From the NCBI GenBank assembly GCA_965637545.1, contig OZ281495.1, positions 26,784,001 through 26,848,000 on the forward strand: a stretch of DNA of 64,000 nucleotides, given 5' to 3'. A program made the translations under genes and the position numbers. The notes under the pieces were generated by a model, which saw only the letters and a list, made by a program, of their open reading frames with translations, had not been told where the DNA came from and made no database searches. This DNA is from Phallusia mammillata. Its lineage: Eukaryota. This document shows positions 1 to 12,897 of the stretch, one piece after another. The stretch's first letter is position 1; the number at the start of each line of letters is the position of its first letter.

Positions 1-1
1 G

Positions 2-451
2 ATAGCGGGCCAGAACAACCCGGTAATCGATATCCATGGATTAAGAAACCACCAACTCTGCGGGACTTTTATCCTGGAGGGTGAAACTCGGGTCTTCTTC
101 CTGAAGAAAATGCAGGATCACCGCGATTCGCGCTCTAAAAGGCGAAAGAGAAGCGGGAAGAAAAAGGGAAAAGGTCGAAAGAGGAAGCGCTCCGGGAGCA
201 GGGGAGAGGACATAAAAGTAAGAGAAGGAAAGAGAGAAAAGGGAGCAACCCTTGGAATGAGCGATTCGCTTGGTACAGTTTGGAAACGACTCTTGCGCAA
301 GGAGAAGAGGAGCAAAGCGCAGGGGAGGAAGGAGAAAAGAAGCAAGAGATCAAAACGTATGAAGTCATTACTATTAATGAACAACGAGCCTGCAAGAATC
401 ACAATGAAAACACTTAACAGCGTAACTGCGTTTACAGCCAATCTTAAATAG
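2..451 (+). CDS. 3' part (terminal exon, 5'-truncated by the window) of an NtA (N-terminal agrin, OB/TIMP-like fold) domain protein with a ~83-aa Lys/Arg-rich insert
   Basis: Frame 2 is open from base 2 to TAG 449-451. [26 protein letters not shown] aligns without gaps to the recalled agrin NtA segment [44 protein letters not shown] aligns to LMLNSSLMRITLRNLEEV. Confidence 0.7.
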   Translation: [149 protein letters not shown]

Positions 452-1468
452 ACCGTTCATGTGTTAAATATTTTTTTGGCTTGAGCAACATTTTGGAAAG
501 CAAAATACCATATGTGTGGCATATTTGGTGAATGAATTTTCTTTGAGCCTGGCATGTGTTTTCTTACTGTTGCGCCGGACGCAATTTGCTTTTTTCGGGC
601 ATTGGCTTACCTGTCCACCGCAAGATGTCTGTTTTGTCTGTTTTCTTTCATCATCTTTGATTGCGTTAATTGTTTGCTTGCTTTTCGCTTTTTTCAGGTA
701 GCCCAAGTCACATTCCACACAATTAAAAGAAAAACTTAATACTTTTTCTTATGGAGACGGGTTTACTTTAAGCAGTCTATTGCACATTTGTTAAAAAATG
801 ATTGAGTTTAAGAAAAGTTTGCTAACAAATATGACAACAAGAGTTAGTTTACGGCAAATAGTACTTACAAACAGAACACTGTATTCTTCGTCACCAGCTT
901 TTACGACCCATAACGAAATGGTATACTTCATATACATGATTACATATATAATTTACCAAAATTGCGCGTACGATCACGCTATGGTATATAAACCGACTCC
1001 TTGGTAATATAATCAATGGCAAAAACAGCAGCCAAAGCCGTTTTCAGTAATTACCGGATACGCGCTTTGCAATCGGAGCAGCAAAGGCAATTTACACGTA
1101 ACACGACAGCGTGTCCGACCGGTCAAGTAAAATACATGTTCGACTGCGATTTTGCAAATATACAATCAAAGACGTGTTCTAAACAGAGATTGATTGCAAA
1201 CACTGGGGTTTGTGACGAAACAGCGACTGCTGCTTTTCGTGACTGCTGTTTGCCCCCAGGGTTAATATTCGAGTACATGTTCACAGCAATGATGACGTGT
1301 ATACGCCGCGAGTAACGTTCAAAGAAATGTTTTGTGACCTTGCCAGTGCCAGTTGACTTTCATCAGCTGTCTGTGAGCTGAAGTATTGCTTCTGCAGGTC
1401 CTTGTCACAGGTTTTTATATATACCGAGTGCATAGAGATCTCAAAGAACAGGATCTGTGACTTTCGAA

Positions 1469-2439
1469 ATGAAGCGACCCGTTTGGGCTTTGATGATACT
1501 TGTTAGTGTCTTTGTCAAGGTAGGTTTTTGAGTTTTGCAATCTGAATATTTTCAACCGTAGATAAAAATAAAATAAATAATTTTCCGTCAATATATAATA
1601 GCTTATGCTACCGTAAAGGTTTTTTTTTAATGACCCTTCGTAGTTATTTTTCACCTTGTTTAACGCCATCAAAGTCAAAAGTAAACTTTCATAAGAAAAC
1701 CTAAGACCCTCTGAAGTATAATATCAGTATGTTGGTAAACGCCTAAACGGTGTTTAATAAAACTATTTAAAACTAGTTTTAAGTCGTAGCTGTTTATGTC
1801 GTTCCAGGCCGAGGACAACGAAGATCAAAACCCCAAGTTTGCAAATCCTGCAAGCATCGTAGAATTTCCACCAGTGCCACCACAATTTTGGTCAGGTAAT
1901 TAAACATGTCCTTCGTTTATTGTTGCAGTGTAAATTACTTAGTTAGAGTTGTATCTCGACAAATTGCAGCCGACTCTCAGCAAGCCGCAGAATGAGACTT
2001 GTCGCGATAACAATACGGAATTGACTTTATAATTATAATACATATTCGCTAAAAAACACCAAAGCATTTTATCGTTGTACCATGAACTTTTTATTTGACA
2101 GCTGATGGAGAATGCATTGACAACCCCACACACGCCGAAGACTGCAAAGTATGGGCCGAAAAGGGCTACTGTACAGACACAACTATGGGGAAGCACTATC
2201 CACGGTGGATGAAACGTCACTGCCGAGCCAGTTGCAACTTTTGTCAAGTTCATGGGCGCAGTAACTGGATCATTGCTCTTAAATGGTTCGTGGCCATCGC
2301 TTTTTACGTTTGGATTTTTGGATTTTCCCAAACAATTTTACCTCGTCCCCGCAAGGTGTCGCTAATGATTTCATCAAGTCGAAAACGCACCCGTTTTTTC
2401 GTCGTAACTTTAATAACTGTAGCGCTGTATTATTTATAG
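1469..2439 (+). CDS. Signal peptide + single ShKT domain + hydrophobic C-terminus, ~158 aa; join(1469..1519,1808..1895,2102..2439)
   Basis: Exon 1 encodes MKRPVWALMILVSVFVK and ends at gtaggt. GT-AG introns have consistent phases (0,1). CIDNPTHAEDCKVWAEKGYC..RWMKRHCRASCNFC has the six-Cys ShKT pattern. Hydrophobic segments follow. Confidence 0.8.
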
Positions 2440-3924
2440 CTTTTAGTAAACTGTTCCTACACACTAAAACGTACAAAAGTTGTTTAAATGCAGCCTTTCA
2501 AACATGGCTAATGATTTTGTTGTTTTTATATTTTTTACTGTTTATTGATAAAGATATGTTGCAAATGTTAACGAGCTGTAACACGCTCCACAAACACATT
2601 ATTTATGTTGGTGGTTGTAGCATGAACCAAAATTGTTGAAAAAACAATCGCACAAAAGTGCAGATAAAACGGATTTCAACGTCCTTATCGTGCGCAACGC
2701 ACATAAATTTAGATTTCAGTGTAAAACAACATCGGTGGAAATCTTTAAGATGTTTTACATGAGTTTTTCTGTTCTGTTATGTGTTCAAGGTTAATGTCAC
2801 GTTTGCAAACTGGTGCCAGGCAACGCAAAATTTGTATGGTAACCACGAAACTGAAATTGTAACTACGTAACAGCCAATTGTAATACTCTGCTGTTGAAAG
2901 ACACACTGGCGTAACTGTTTAATTGTTTTTAGTTTTGTCATTTCGATATTTCGTGCACTTCAAAACTTCGTGTTATTGTTTTGGTTCACAGTTTTCTAGG
3001 ACCAAATTTCATTGAGATTAAATGATAAAACTACGCACAAAGAGTACAGATTTTTATTTTGGTAACAAACCTAACTGGACGCTTGTTGCAAATAGTCTTC
3101 AAAGATCGTTTGTGTAACGCACACTTGCGTAAAGTTTAAAAAGCTCTGTTATCGTACAAAGATGTTGCTAATGGAGCAAGTTCGCTAAAACCTGGCTCTA
3201 AAAACAAAAACAAATATCGCCAAACTGGGATTCGTTTATTTAACAGCATGCCTCGAACAGTCGCTCGTATGAAGCAGGCGCACAGGGAAAAGAAAACATT
3301 AACTCGTCGGTGACAAAACGAAGGCAATTCACAAAATTCTCCTAAAATCTTTAAAATATCAACAATCACTGAAGTGTCTTGCCACACAGCCACAACATAG
3401 TGGGCTAAAAGGCCTTTGCTTGACGGGATCTTTGGCAAACGACTAAGAGCGATTGATACAACAAACAAACACACAGAACTAGCTAAAACTACATTTCATT
3501 TAACACGATGGGGAAAGAAATAGAATTTGCAAGAAATAGTATTGTTACTAAGTTTAAAACACAGCTAGAAATCAATAAAACTTGTTTCGGTAAAGTCTTT
3601 GAATAGGCACTTCTAAAAAGATTTTTGCACAAAAGTGGTTTTGACTTCTGAACTATGTTCTTCCAAGAGCAAGTTACAAAATTATCACTAACCCGAAGTA
3701 CATTATTCTTAAAAACCAAACAAAGAGCACCAGTTCGAATACAACATATGTTCCTAATTTAAAACTGTTACAGAAGTAGTTATCACAGCAAGAACATGAA
3801 TAAAGAAATGAATGGTGTTGATTTAAATGCTAGGCAATGGAAAATATTTGATGGCTAATGTTGTCTTTGGGCAACTTTCAAAATCATATCTTTTTAGTTT
3901 GTAGGTCTGTTGTTCAGTGCTGTT

Positions 3925-6900
3925 TTACTTTGAGGCTTTCTTCAAACCAGATTCAATTGCTTCCAAGAAGTCGGTGGTAATCACATAGTGTTCATTGAGT
4001 TTCACACTAGAAAAAAAATAAACTGATTATTTCCTTTTGTTTTAAAACAAATTTCAGAAGACAAAAAGTACTAATGCAACATTAGAAAAGTTTTCAATTG
4101 GGGAAAATCTACTCTTTCGGGATAAATTTGACAAGCCTTGTGGATAAGCAACACAGGTTTTAACATTTCTCCACCAAGGAAAAAAGATTCCCTCGTTCAG
4201 CCCATATTGATTCACAAAAGCACACAGGCAATAATCTCCCAACAAGATCACTAGCAAAGATTTTATCCACACTTTATTTTTGTAGCAGTTCTTGTAAAAC
4301 TGGAGAGTAAATGTTTTCCGCGCAAGTGGCCAAAGATCTTAAGAAGACAAAAAAGATGGGAAACCATATACACACAAAAACTCGCTAAACATTTTTAACT
4401 AAACTACTATTTATCTTGATGCATGTGTTGTGTTCCTATAAGAACAGTCCTTACTAATTACTACCCTATAGAATTTCAGCAAACTCTGCTCTACTACATT
4501 ACTTCAAAGTTATCAATTATCAATACCTAAATGTAACGTTAGTTGAAAACATCAATGTGCACAGTGACTGAACAAAAACTTACTTCTTTAAGCCATGAAT
4601 GCAACCAGCCAAATCCTTAGTCATACATCCGCTGTCCACAGTGTCTACGCAAACATTTTCCAAAGTTTTGCAGAACTTAATAAGGTCATTGTTTCCGTCC
4701 AACTTTCCTCTGTGTTCGAGTCCTCGCGTCCATGCAAAGATTGATGCAATGGGGTTAGTGCTGGTGGGGTTACCCTAAAATAACAAACAAAATGCACAGT
4801 TGTTTTGCCTGCAAGTTTAAAAGATACTTCACAATATTGAGAAACCGACTTCCACAAGCGAGGATTCATGGAGTCGTGGAACATACATTCTCACATCAAC
4901 ACGATGAACTTTAAAACGGACGTTCTAATGCCAATAACTTATTGGTCGCTTTGGCACCATTGAGCTAGGTGTTATCACTCGACCATTGGTGCACACTGCG
5001 TTTTTTTGTGTATTTTAGTGCCCTTTTCGCCCTATAACAACTTTACGTTTTCAATTTATGTCATTACCCTGATGAAGGTTTCTTGTATGGGACATCGAAA
5101 CTTTGGCATATTATAATAAAAACTGCTGGAAGGGCTTAAAATTTGTTGATTACGAAGTATTACGAAAGTTTAAACGCAAAACAGTAGCACTAGAATGAGA
5201 GTAAACATCCAGTAGAAAAGTTGAACTTATCATAAATACTTATGCAGTCAGTTTGTGTAGTTAATTCAGATTTTTATTATGGATTTATTTTTTCCACTGC
5301 AAGCATTTGACCCACAAAGTTTCTTTTTTGCAACCAACAAAATATAAAATATTATATATATATATTTCCTAAACCAAAACATGACCCTTTCTTCTCATAC
5401 TATTGACTAAGTTATTTTAAAAATGTGTTCTCGGTGATTAAATACAGAACATAGTGCCTATTTCCGTCCACCTCTTGAATGGAGTATCACTTGTCAAGTG
5501 AGCATTAGTAACAACTGTTTCCATCTTAAGTTACAAACAAACCAACCTTTTGATGCTCTCTGTAGTGCCTTGTAACTGTACCGTGAGCAGCCTCTGATTC
5601 AACAGTCTTTCCATCAGGACACATGAGAACGCTTGTCATTAAACCAAGGGAGCCAAATCCTATGTACAAAATAGTGCTGTGTAAATTAAAAAATATAGAA
5701 GACTAAAAGTGTGATATATTTGATGACAGCATTTTGACTTAAAAAAAAACACATCTACAATAAACCTTGGTTAATCTGGGCCCATTTGGACCAAAAAACT
5801 GTCCGGATTAACCAATGTCAATTACTCCAAGTCTCACCACATTACAATCATACATATCCCAAGTTTTGTCCGAATTAGGTGTAGATCTGTATTAACTGAA
5901 TCCAGTTTAACCAAGGTTTACTGTATATATATACATTAAAATACAATCAACTGCTCGTTACTTGCCAATTTCATTTTACTGCTCAATAAATCTAAAAAAT
6001 GTAGCTTATTATTAGATAAGAAAGTGTCGTTGTGGTTTGGTTAATCGGAGATGCCTTCAACCAAAATCACATATAAAAACCAGTCCTAATGTCCTGTTAT
6101 GTACAGGAAAACTTGCCTTGGGCCAAGATATCAGACTGCACGTCACCATCATAGTTCTTGCATGCCCACACAAATGCACCAGATGATTTGAGAACTTGGG
6201 CAACCATGTCATCAATTAACCGATGCTCATACCACATTCCATTGGCATCAAAGTCCTTTTTGTAATGCCTGAAAACATATAGGTTCTTGAAATAGAACAA
6301 AGCAGGTGCTTTACCAACTAAGGTTATATATACCTCATTGTTTGTTACACGATTTTAAATAAAGAAGGTACTATTCCCTTTTTATTGATGCATTGCTCAA
6401 TTTATATATATACACATGTTATATTATTATCAACAAGACAAATTAAGTAAGACACACTTTTGGAAAATGTCTTCAAAGATGTCTTTGAATCTCCCATCAT
6501 ATTTCTTCATGATGGTATTTTTGGTGCTCATGTAAAGTGGCCATTTCTTTTGCAATGCAACTTGCATACAACTGTGTGCAAAGTCAGAGATGGACTGAAA
6601 AGAAATTTAGAGATAAATAGCCAAGAAATAAAGCAAACAAATTCATGAGGTAAACAACTCCATGTTATAGAAACCTAAAATGCTTCACATCGGCATACAT
6701 ACATGGTAAACATTTCTTTGACTTGTTGTTTACAAGCAAACTTGCATGGCAAACACTACTTTGATTAACTATTAACTTCTGATCAATTCAGCCAATTACA
6801 TTTAGGGGTGGTCCTCATGAAAGTCAAAAGGTCATTGAAAATAAAGCAATGTCAATTTAAGTTTAAAACACAGTAACTTACAAAAACAGGTCTCCTCAGG

Positions 6901-8226
6901 TAACACATGAAATTCAAACATATGACAAAGATCAACCTGCCATTTCAAGTTGACAAATGCTGGGAGTTAACGGTCAAACATTTGCATGTACAAACTAAAT
7001 GGTAATTCATCACCAGACTTACTGCATCTGTGTTGTACATAGCCATTCCCACTCCACCGCCATCTTTGAAGTCATAAACTTCCATATCAAGTTCTTGACT
7101 ACCATCATCAGGAGTGTAAATCATACGAAGTTTTCCAGGTCCTTTGGCTACAAAGTCAGTAGATCGGTACTGCAATTCAACAAGTATAATTCATTAGCAT
7201 CTGGGGCCAACATTTCTGTATTTACATGCATGTAGTCTTTAATTTTACCACATTTGCATGGTAAACACACCTTCGTGAAAAAGTCTATGAGTTAATAAGT
7301 GTTACAGAAAAAAAGAATAATTTACCTGGTCACCAAATGCATGACGGCCAATAACAATCGCCTCATTCCATCCAGGCACAAGTCTTGGCACGACTTTGCA
7401 CAAAATTGGTTCCCGGAAGACTGTTCCTCCCAAGATGTTACGGATTGTGCCATTGGGACTCTTCCACATCTGCTTTAGCTTAAATTCTTAAAAACAAATT
7501 TGAAATAAATAAGGTTCATAACCATAAATTGTAATGCTGTTTGAAAAGTAACATTTGGCTGCAAGCTTATGCAAGACAGAAGATCACGACAGCATATGGA
7601 ACTAAAAATCCAACAAAAACAAGCTCGAACATACAGCATATGTACAGCAACTTTATGTAAGGTCGATAAAAAATGAAAATTACCTTCCACTCTTTCTTCA
7701 TCTGGTGTAATCGTTGCACACTTTACAGCAACATTGTATTTCAGGGTTGCCAGTGCAGAATCAATTGTTACCTGGTCATCTGTTTGGTCACGATATGGCA
7801 GTCCAAGATCGTAATACTTCAAATCAACATTGAGGTATGGAAGAATGAGCTAAAAAAACAACATTTAATCTTGTAATCAAATCCCTTCTTGAAAAGTTTT
7901 TTGTTCCAAATTGAAAAAAATTACTTTCTCTTTAATCATTTCCCAAATTATTCGAGTCATTTCGTCACCATCCATTTCTACAACTGGATTGGCAACTTGA
8001 ATTCGTTTGTCCGTTGAATCTGAAATTTAAGATGCAAGTTCACTTAAGTGAATACAAAAACTTACAAAGTAAAGAAAACAATCACCATTATTGCAGTTTT
8101 ACTGTTCACCAACTACAAAAACTTACATTGTCTTTGTGGTTGAACCTTTTTTAATCCACAAACAGAAGTTACATTCACAGATTGCCGAAGCATCTGCAGA
8201 AGGTTGGTTGTTTTGGAAAGTGCCAT
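3925..8226 (-). CDS. IDH2: Mitochondrial NADP-dependent isocitrate dehydrogenase, 447 aa; exons 8127-8226, 7925-8019, 7684-7849, 7326-7486, 7023-7169, 6458-6594, 6117-6268, 5547-5659, 4584-4774, 3925-4006
   Basis: Motifs [89 protein letters not shown]. The N-terminus ([17 protein letters not shown]..) resembles a presequence. Exon lengths sum to 1344 nt, in frame. Confidence 0.96.
4821..5120 (+). mobile_element. Penelope-like element 3' remnant: GIY-YIG C-terminal fragment plus decayed minimal hammerhead
   Basis: 4841-4963 translates [37 protein letters not shown], a PLE endonuclease tail pattern (KR..ES..I....N....P..Y). It is followed by ATTACC-CTGATGA..GAAAC at 5063-5101 and then AATAAA. 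Confidence 0.65.
5758..5923. mobile_element. Tc1/mariner (pogo/Tigger-like) MITE in an IDH2 intron
   Basis: TIRs CAATAAACCTTGGTTAA / TTAACCAAGGTTTACTG flanked by TA. Confidence 0.7.
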
Positions 8227-10015
8227 GTTTTATTGCACCACAAAGCAGTAGAAATAGTTCAAATATAAATTAAAATGATTAAGTGGCTTCAAACGCCGTT
8301 CCAAGTTATTCTACTGATCTAAAAAGCAAAATGAAAACACTTTCAGAAACTTCTGTCACATGATCTTCAAAACGTTTTGCAAAATATTGGCCAGTATCGG
8401 TTTTAAAAACCGGCAGCAGAAAATAAGTGACAAAAACATAAACTAATCAAATGACAATTTTTTGACTAAACGCGCAAAACCAGTCCGATGCGATCACTGA
8501 GCACACAAATAATTGTTCATTCATCGAAGCCACGTGTCAGCAGTCAGCACAAGCCGGCATGCCGACACCAAAATACAATAATTTTTACTCGATTTCGATT
8601 CGCACGGGTGATTTTGCTACGAAACATTTTTTCTTCTTGCGAAATCAACTATTTCTCATGGACCCTACAAAAAGACGCGCTTTGGTAGAAAGGGCTGACA
8701 CTTCGCCTTTCATTTCCTGATATACAGACGCTAGTATGCCTCGACCTTGCCGGCGTTAGAGGTCACTCATTCTCTCGAGCACTCGCTAACGACGCGTGTC
8801 TTTCTTGTTCACACAAAGCAATCAAAGAGCCTTCCGTGTATTTCGGAGAGCTGTAAAAATGTGCGATGTCAGACTTTTCCAGACTTTCCTGAAAATTGTC
8901 GCGCCTCCAGATTTAATGCACACTGCACAGTCGTAAATCTGTCGTCGTTTCTATCGAGTTGTCTTTTACGTTGCCTGGTCTCTTGCAGCAAGGGTCGATC
9001 TGTCTACTAATTTATCTGTCTACTGTAAATTACCATTTTTTCTCGTGTCTTATGGTTCCACGCCTGCAAGCAGCTACCTTTTTTATTCTGTAAGTGACCA
9101 AACAGCAACTATTTGTTTTCCTCATTGTCTCTTTTGTTTAATTGTGCACTGCCTGTAACAGTACAAAAGGAATTCGACTCAGGTCACCATTGACTAAATC
9201 GCCTCATTGCATTGCGGACAGTAGACACTGCGTCTTGACAGAAAAAAGGGCCAGGGACCGAATTTGTAAGAGTGGAAAATTAATCAAGTTGTTGTCCAGA
9301 AATGTCTTGGCTGGTAATGGGAGGCTATTTAGGTGCTCTCACACCAAACAAACTTATAGGCCTGCAGAAAAAAAACATTACATATGGCCTCCGCAGGAAA
9401 CGACTTGGCCCCAATCCGTTACTGCTGGCCGGGTTTCAAGCACTGATGGTGGTTACAAGTCGCTAGAATATTTTCTAAGGTTGTATTTTATAACTTTAAA
9501 GCATTCGAGTTTTTTCCACGACATGCTGGTCTATTATTTTGATTTTGTGGGTGCTTGTGGTATCGTTTTACGATGCGTCGTCTATTAATGCAGTATGGCT
9601 GTAGTAGACAATCTCACAAAGTCGTCCATATATGGACTATAGTCCCATATCAACCCCACAAATCTACAAAATCACACACAAACAACGAAGCACAGCCTTT
9701 AGCTACAACAAATATTTGAAATAAAAGTCATGTTTTGCTACTCGCTGGCGCTGGTTGCCCAGCATTAAATTTGTATTTGACATTTGGAACACTAAATACG
9801 AATTGTCTTAATATTCTCTGCGTCAAAGGTCGAATTGTAAGCACAAAGTGGCACTATTATATTTCAGATTTACATTGGCGCCAAACCGAGGAAAGGCAGG
9901 TCCAATCGGGAAAAGACTACAGCACCACCCGGCGACGCAACAGTAGCGTTCACTTATCCGTTAGGTGACAGGCAATTTCCAAACAAAATTCTTTTGTAGT
10001 TTTTGATCCGAGAAA

Positions 10016-10229
10016 CAGACTTAATTTCGGTCTGAATTCGCACAGGGACATATTTTGTGCCACATTTTTTCAGATTTGAAATTAGAATTCTGATGGGTCC
10101 AGGCAAAAAGCACAGGCTTCTTACCCCAAGTCTTGTAGCCTGCCTTACATTTGGACTTCGGGAATGGGACGGATTTCGGGCTTGTAATTTTGGGTTTGGG
10201 CTCCAATTTCGGAACCGTTAACAAGTCTG
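10016..10229. mobile_element. Degenerate MITE (CAGACTT..AAGTCTG termini, TTCGGG-rich interior)
   Basis: Short TIRs. Interior resembles the 12511 element. No clear TSD. Confidence 0.4.
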
Positions 10230-10629
10230 CTGCAACAGCTAAGAACTGTGCACAATGGCTGTAGAAAGCGTGTTCTTGATGGATACGCTATGTTTCGTAG
10301 AGTGGAAATGCTGAACAGCGATCTGTTTGGTCACCAACAATAAAAAATTCACTAGATCGTAACGATCGAGGCACACAAAAGCCTCTTCGTAAGGTTTGGC
10401 TCATGTTTCACCATCAACTAAAATGTAACTTTTTGAAAGCTCTACGTTTGACGTCATTTTTGACCGCTTTTCAAATATTTGTTCAAAGAATCATGCCGCA
10501 AACAGAAGACTTATTGTTCCCACGATCCAGGTTTATGAGATTGGGTAGACAACCTCCCCCACCAGACCGTACCAACTCGTCAAGTTATAGCCAAACTCAT
10601 GTCAACGCATTCACAAAGGGCCGTTGTCC

Positions 10630-12409
10630 TGTGGGATTATGATCTGTACAAACGTATTTGTCAAGTAAATCAATCAACACCTCAAGCATTTAATTCCACA
10701 CAGCTGTATACCATATGTTGTCACCTTTTGTTGACTGTTTGTCGTTGACAATTGTACGTATATATACATGTTGTTTCGAACGATGCTACATCACTTTAAT
10801 ATCATCATCACTGTAACTCAACTTAACTTTTGTACCAATACAAAGTCATTACGGATATAATTGTGCACAAAAAGGACTTCAATTAAGGATTAGATCTAGC
10901 AAGTGATCAGCCGCTACATGAATGGTGATACCCCGTCGTGATCAGAACTCGCAACACCTTCTGATACTTTGATACTTCAACCTACTTCAACCAACCAAAC
11001 AGCGACGTGAACTGAAGTAGCAAAAATCGCCACGGAAATGGAAAACAAGCAAAAAGAAGCGAACAAAGCAAACTGGACCAGAACGTCGATGACGATGTTG
11101 TTTGTGAAAAACGTTCAGAGTTAGGTTTGTACATTGATGAACGTTATATTACCAAGCTACGCCTAACTTTGTGTTATGTTACATTTATTTACACTTTTAA
11201 GATTTAACGCCTAGCCCAAACTTGGGATATGTCAAAGTTTAATATATTGCGTAATTGTCTCAAGTCTTGATAACTTTTTAGTGTATGGTAGTTGTAAGAT
11301 GTCAACTAAACTATAACTTCTACGAAGAAATATGTAACGTATGTGTTTGATACGGTGGAATAACAATCTACTTAATGTGCTGTTTATGAGCAAAACGCAC
11401 ACACCGAGCGATCAATGAAACTCGCCGGCATGTCATCTTTAGAAACCGTCGACTCACTGAGGTTGCGATTATGTGGGAAATCGTATTTAGCAGGTCGCAA
11501 GGCTGCCATATTGTATTGCATTCATTTATTTTTATTGTCTGATCCCACGGTCTGTAAATCCTTGCATTAGGGAACGTCATCTCCTCGCTAAGCAAATCCG
11601 TGATGTCTCAAAGCTAGCGAGTTGAGCTTAGTATTATAGGGTGTAGAGAACTTTGCAAACCGTTACCAACGTACACACGCATAATTTCTTGTTTGGCCCG
11701 ATAACTATTTTTTTGACATACCTCTTCACCTACACTCAATAGTTATCACAATACGTTTGCCGCAATTTTGCTGTTTATATTTTTGTTTTTAAAGTTTTTC
11801 ATCCGGACAAGACCGAGTAACATTCACCAATACACAAGCAAGCACCGCTGAAGAAATGACCGCGCTTGAGAAAACGAACAATCATGTCGACCTCTGTACA
11901 CCAATGAAGACACTGATCAAGCATGTAGGCTACAAGTCGTGGAACAATTTGAAAGACTATGCTGTCCGAAGAACGAATAGCGCGCAATGGTCATTGGAAA
12001 AAACTGTTTGGTGGCGGTCGCTTATGTGTTTGGAGATGTGAAAAGTCGAACTTTTATCAAATTTACCCAAATCGTAATTTGTACCATTATACAGAAAACA
12101 CTTGTCAGGGGGGATACCTATGTGGGATTATGATCTGTACAAACGTATTTGTCAAGTAAATCAATCAACACCTCAAGCATTTAATTCCACACAGCTGTAT
12201 ACCATATGTTGTCACCTTTTGTTGACTGTTTGTCGTTGACAATTGTACGTATATATACATGTTGTTTCGAACGATGCTACATCACTTTAATATCATCATC
12301 ACTGTAACTCAACTTAACTTTTGTACCAATACAAAGTCATTACGGATATAATTGTGCACAAAAAGGACTTCAATTAAGGATTAGATCTAGCAAGTGATCA
12401 GCCGCTACA
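10630..12409 (+). mobile_element. Non-autonomous LTR retroelement (TRIM/LARD-like, probably Gypsy-mobilised); LTRs 10630-10918 and 12121-12409
   Basis: Two 289-bp direct repeats, identical by eye, with TG..CA ends and a 4-bp TSD GTCC. A tRNA-Trp-like PBS (TGGTGAtaCCCCGtCGTGAT) follows the 5' LTR. An AGGGGGGA purine tract precedes the 3' LTR. The 1.2-kb interior has no RT/IN ORF. Confidence 0.92.
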
Positions 12410-12510
12410 GTCCCATGAACTAAATTTAGACCAAATTTGAACAGCATTTATTAACGACGATATAAATGTAAAACTTTGCACACGCATTGCGAAAACGCGT
12501 GAGGCCCCAT

Positions 12511-12897
12511 TAGAGTTGTAAGTCCGGGGCAGGTTTTTCGAGTCGGGTTCGGGCTTAGATTTCTTTAAAAAACGGGCTTAGGTTCGGGCCTGACTTTACA
12601 CTCTGTGTCAGTATTTATTTATTTTATTTATTTATTGAATAAATTTAACTAGTCAAGTAACCAGTTGCTGGACCTGACCTAATGTCAAACAACGCTAAAA
12701 CGCCTTGTTCAAGGCGTCTAACTATTGTGTATGTTGTCTTGGTCTTTTCTGAGGCTTTAATGTATAGATCTGTTAATTGAACTTTCGGGCCTACGGAAAG
12801 TTCTCAAAAACGATTCGGGGTCGGGCCGGGTTTCGGGATTACACTTTCGGGTTTAGGACGGATGGGGGCTACAATTTTAGACCCGCTTTCAACTCTG
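12511..12897. mobile_element. hAT-type MITE
   Basis: TIRs TAGAGTTG/CAACTCTG; 8-bp TSD GGCCCCAT/GGCCACAT. Confidence 0.8.

Noticed and set aside
118-441. Hydrophobic minus-strand ORFs
   Set aside because: Antisense shadow of the purine-rich K/R-coding exon.
8690-9040. Alternative ATG-only first exon giving a cytosolic IDH isoform
   Set aside because: ATG|GTAATT at ~9034 is phase 0 but IDH2 exon 2 starts in phase 1. No in-frame product can be supported.
11799-12159. Coding capacity inside the LTR element (e.g. ..NLKDYAV.. resembling an integrase tail)
   Set aside because: Short ORFs only, with no RT, RNase H, integrase or gag motifs. The resemblance is too weak.
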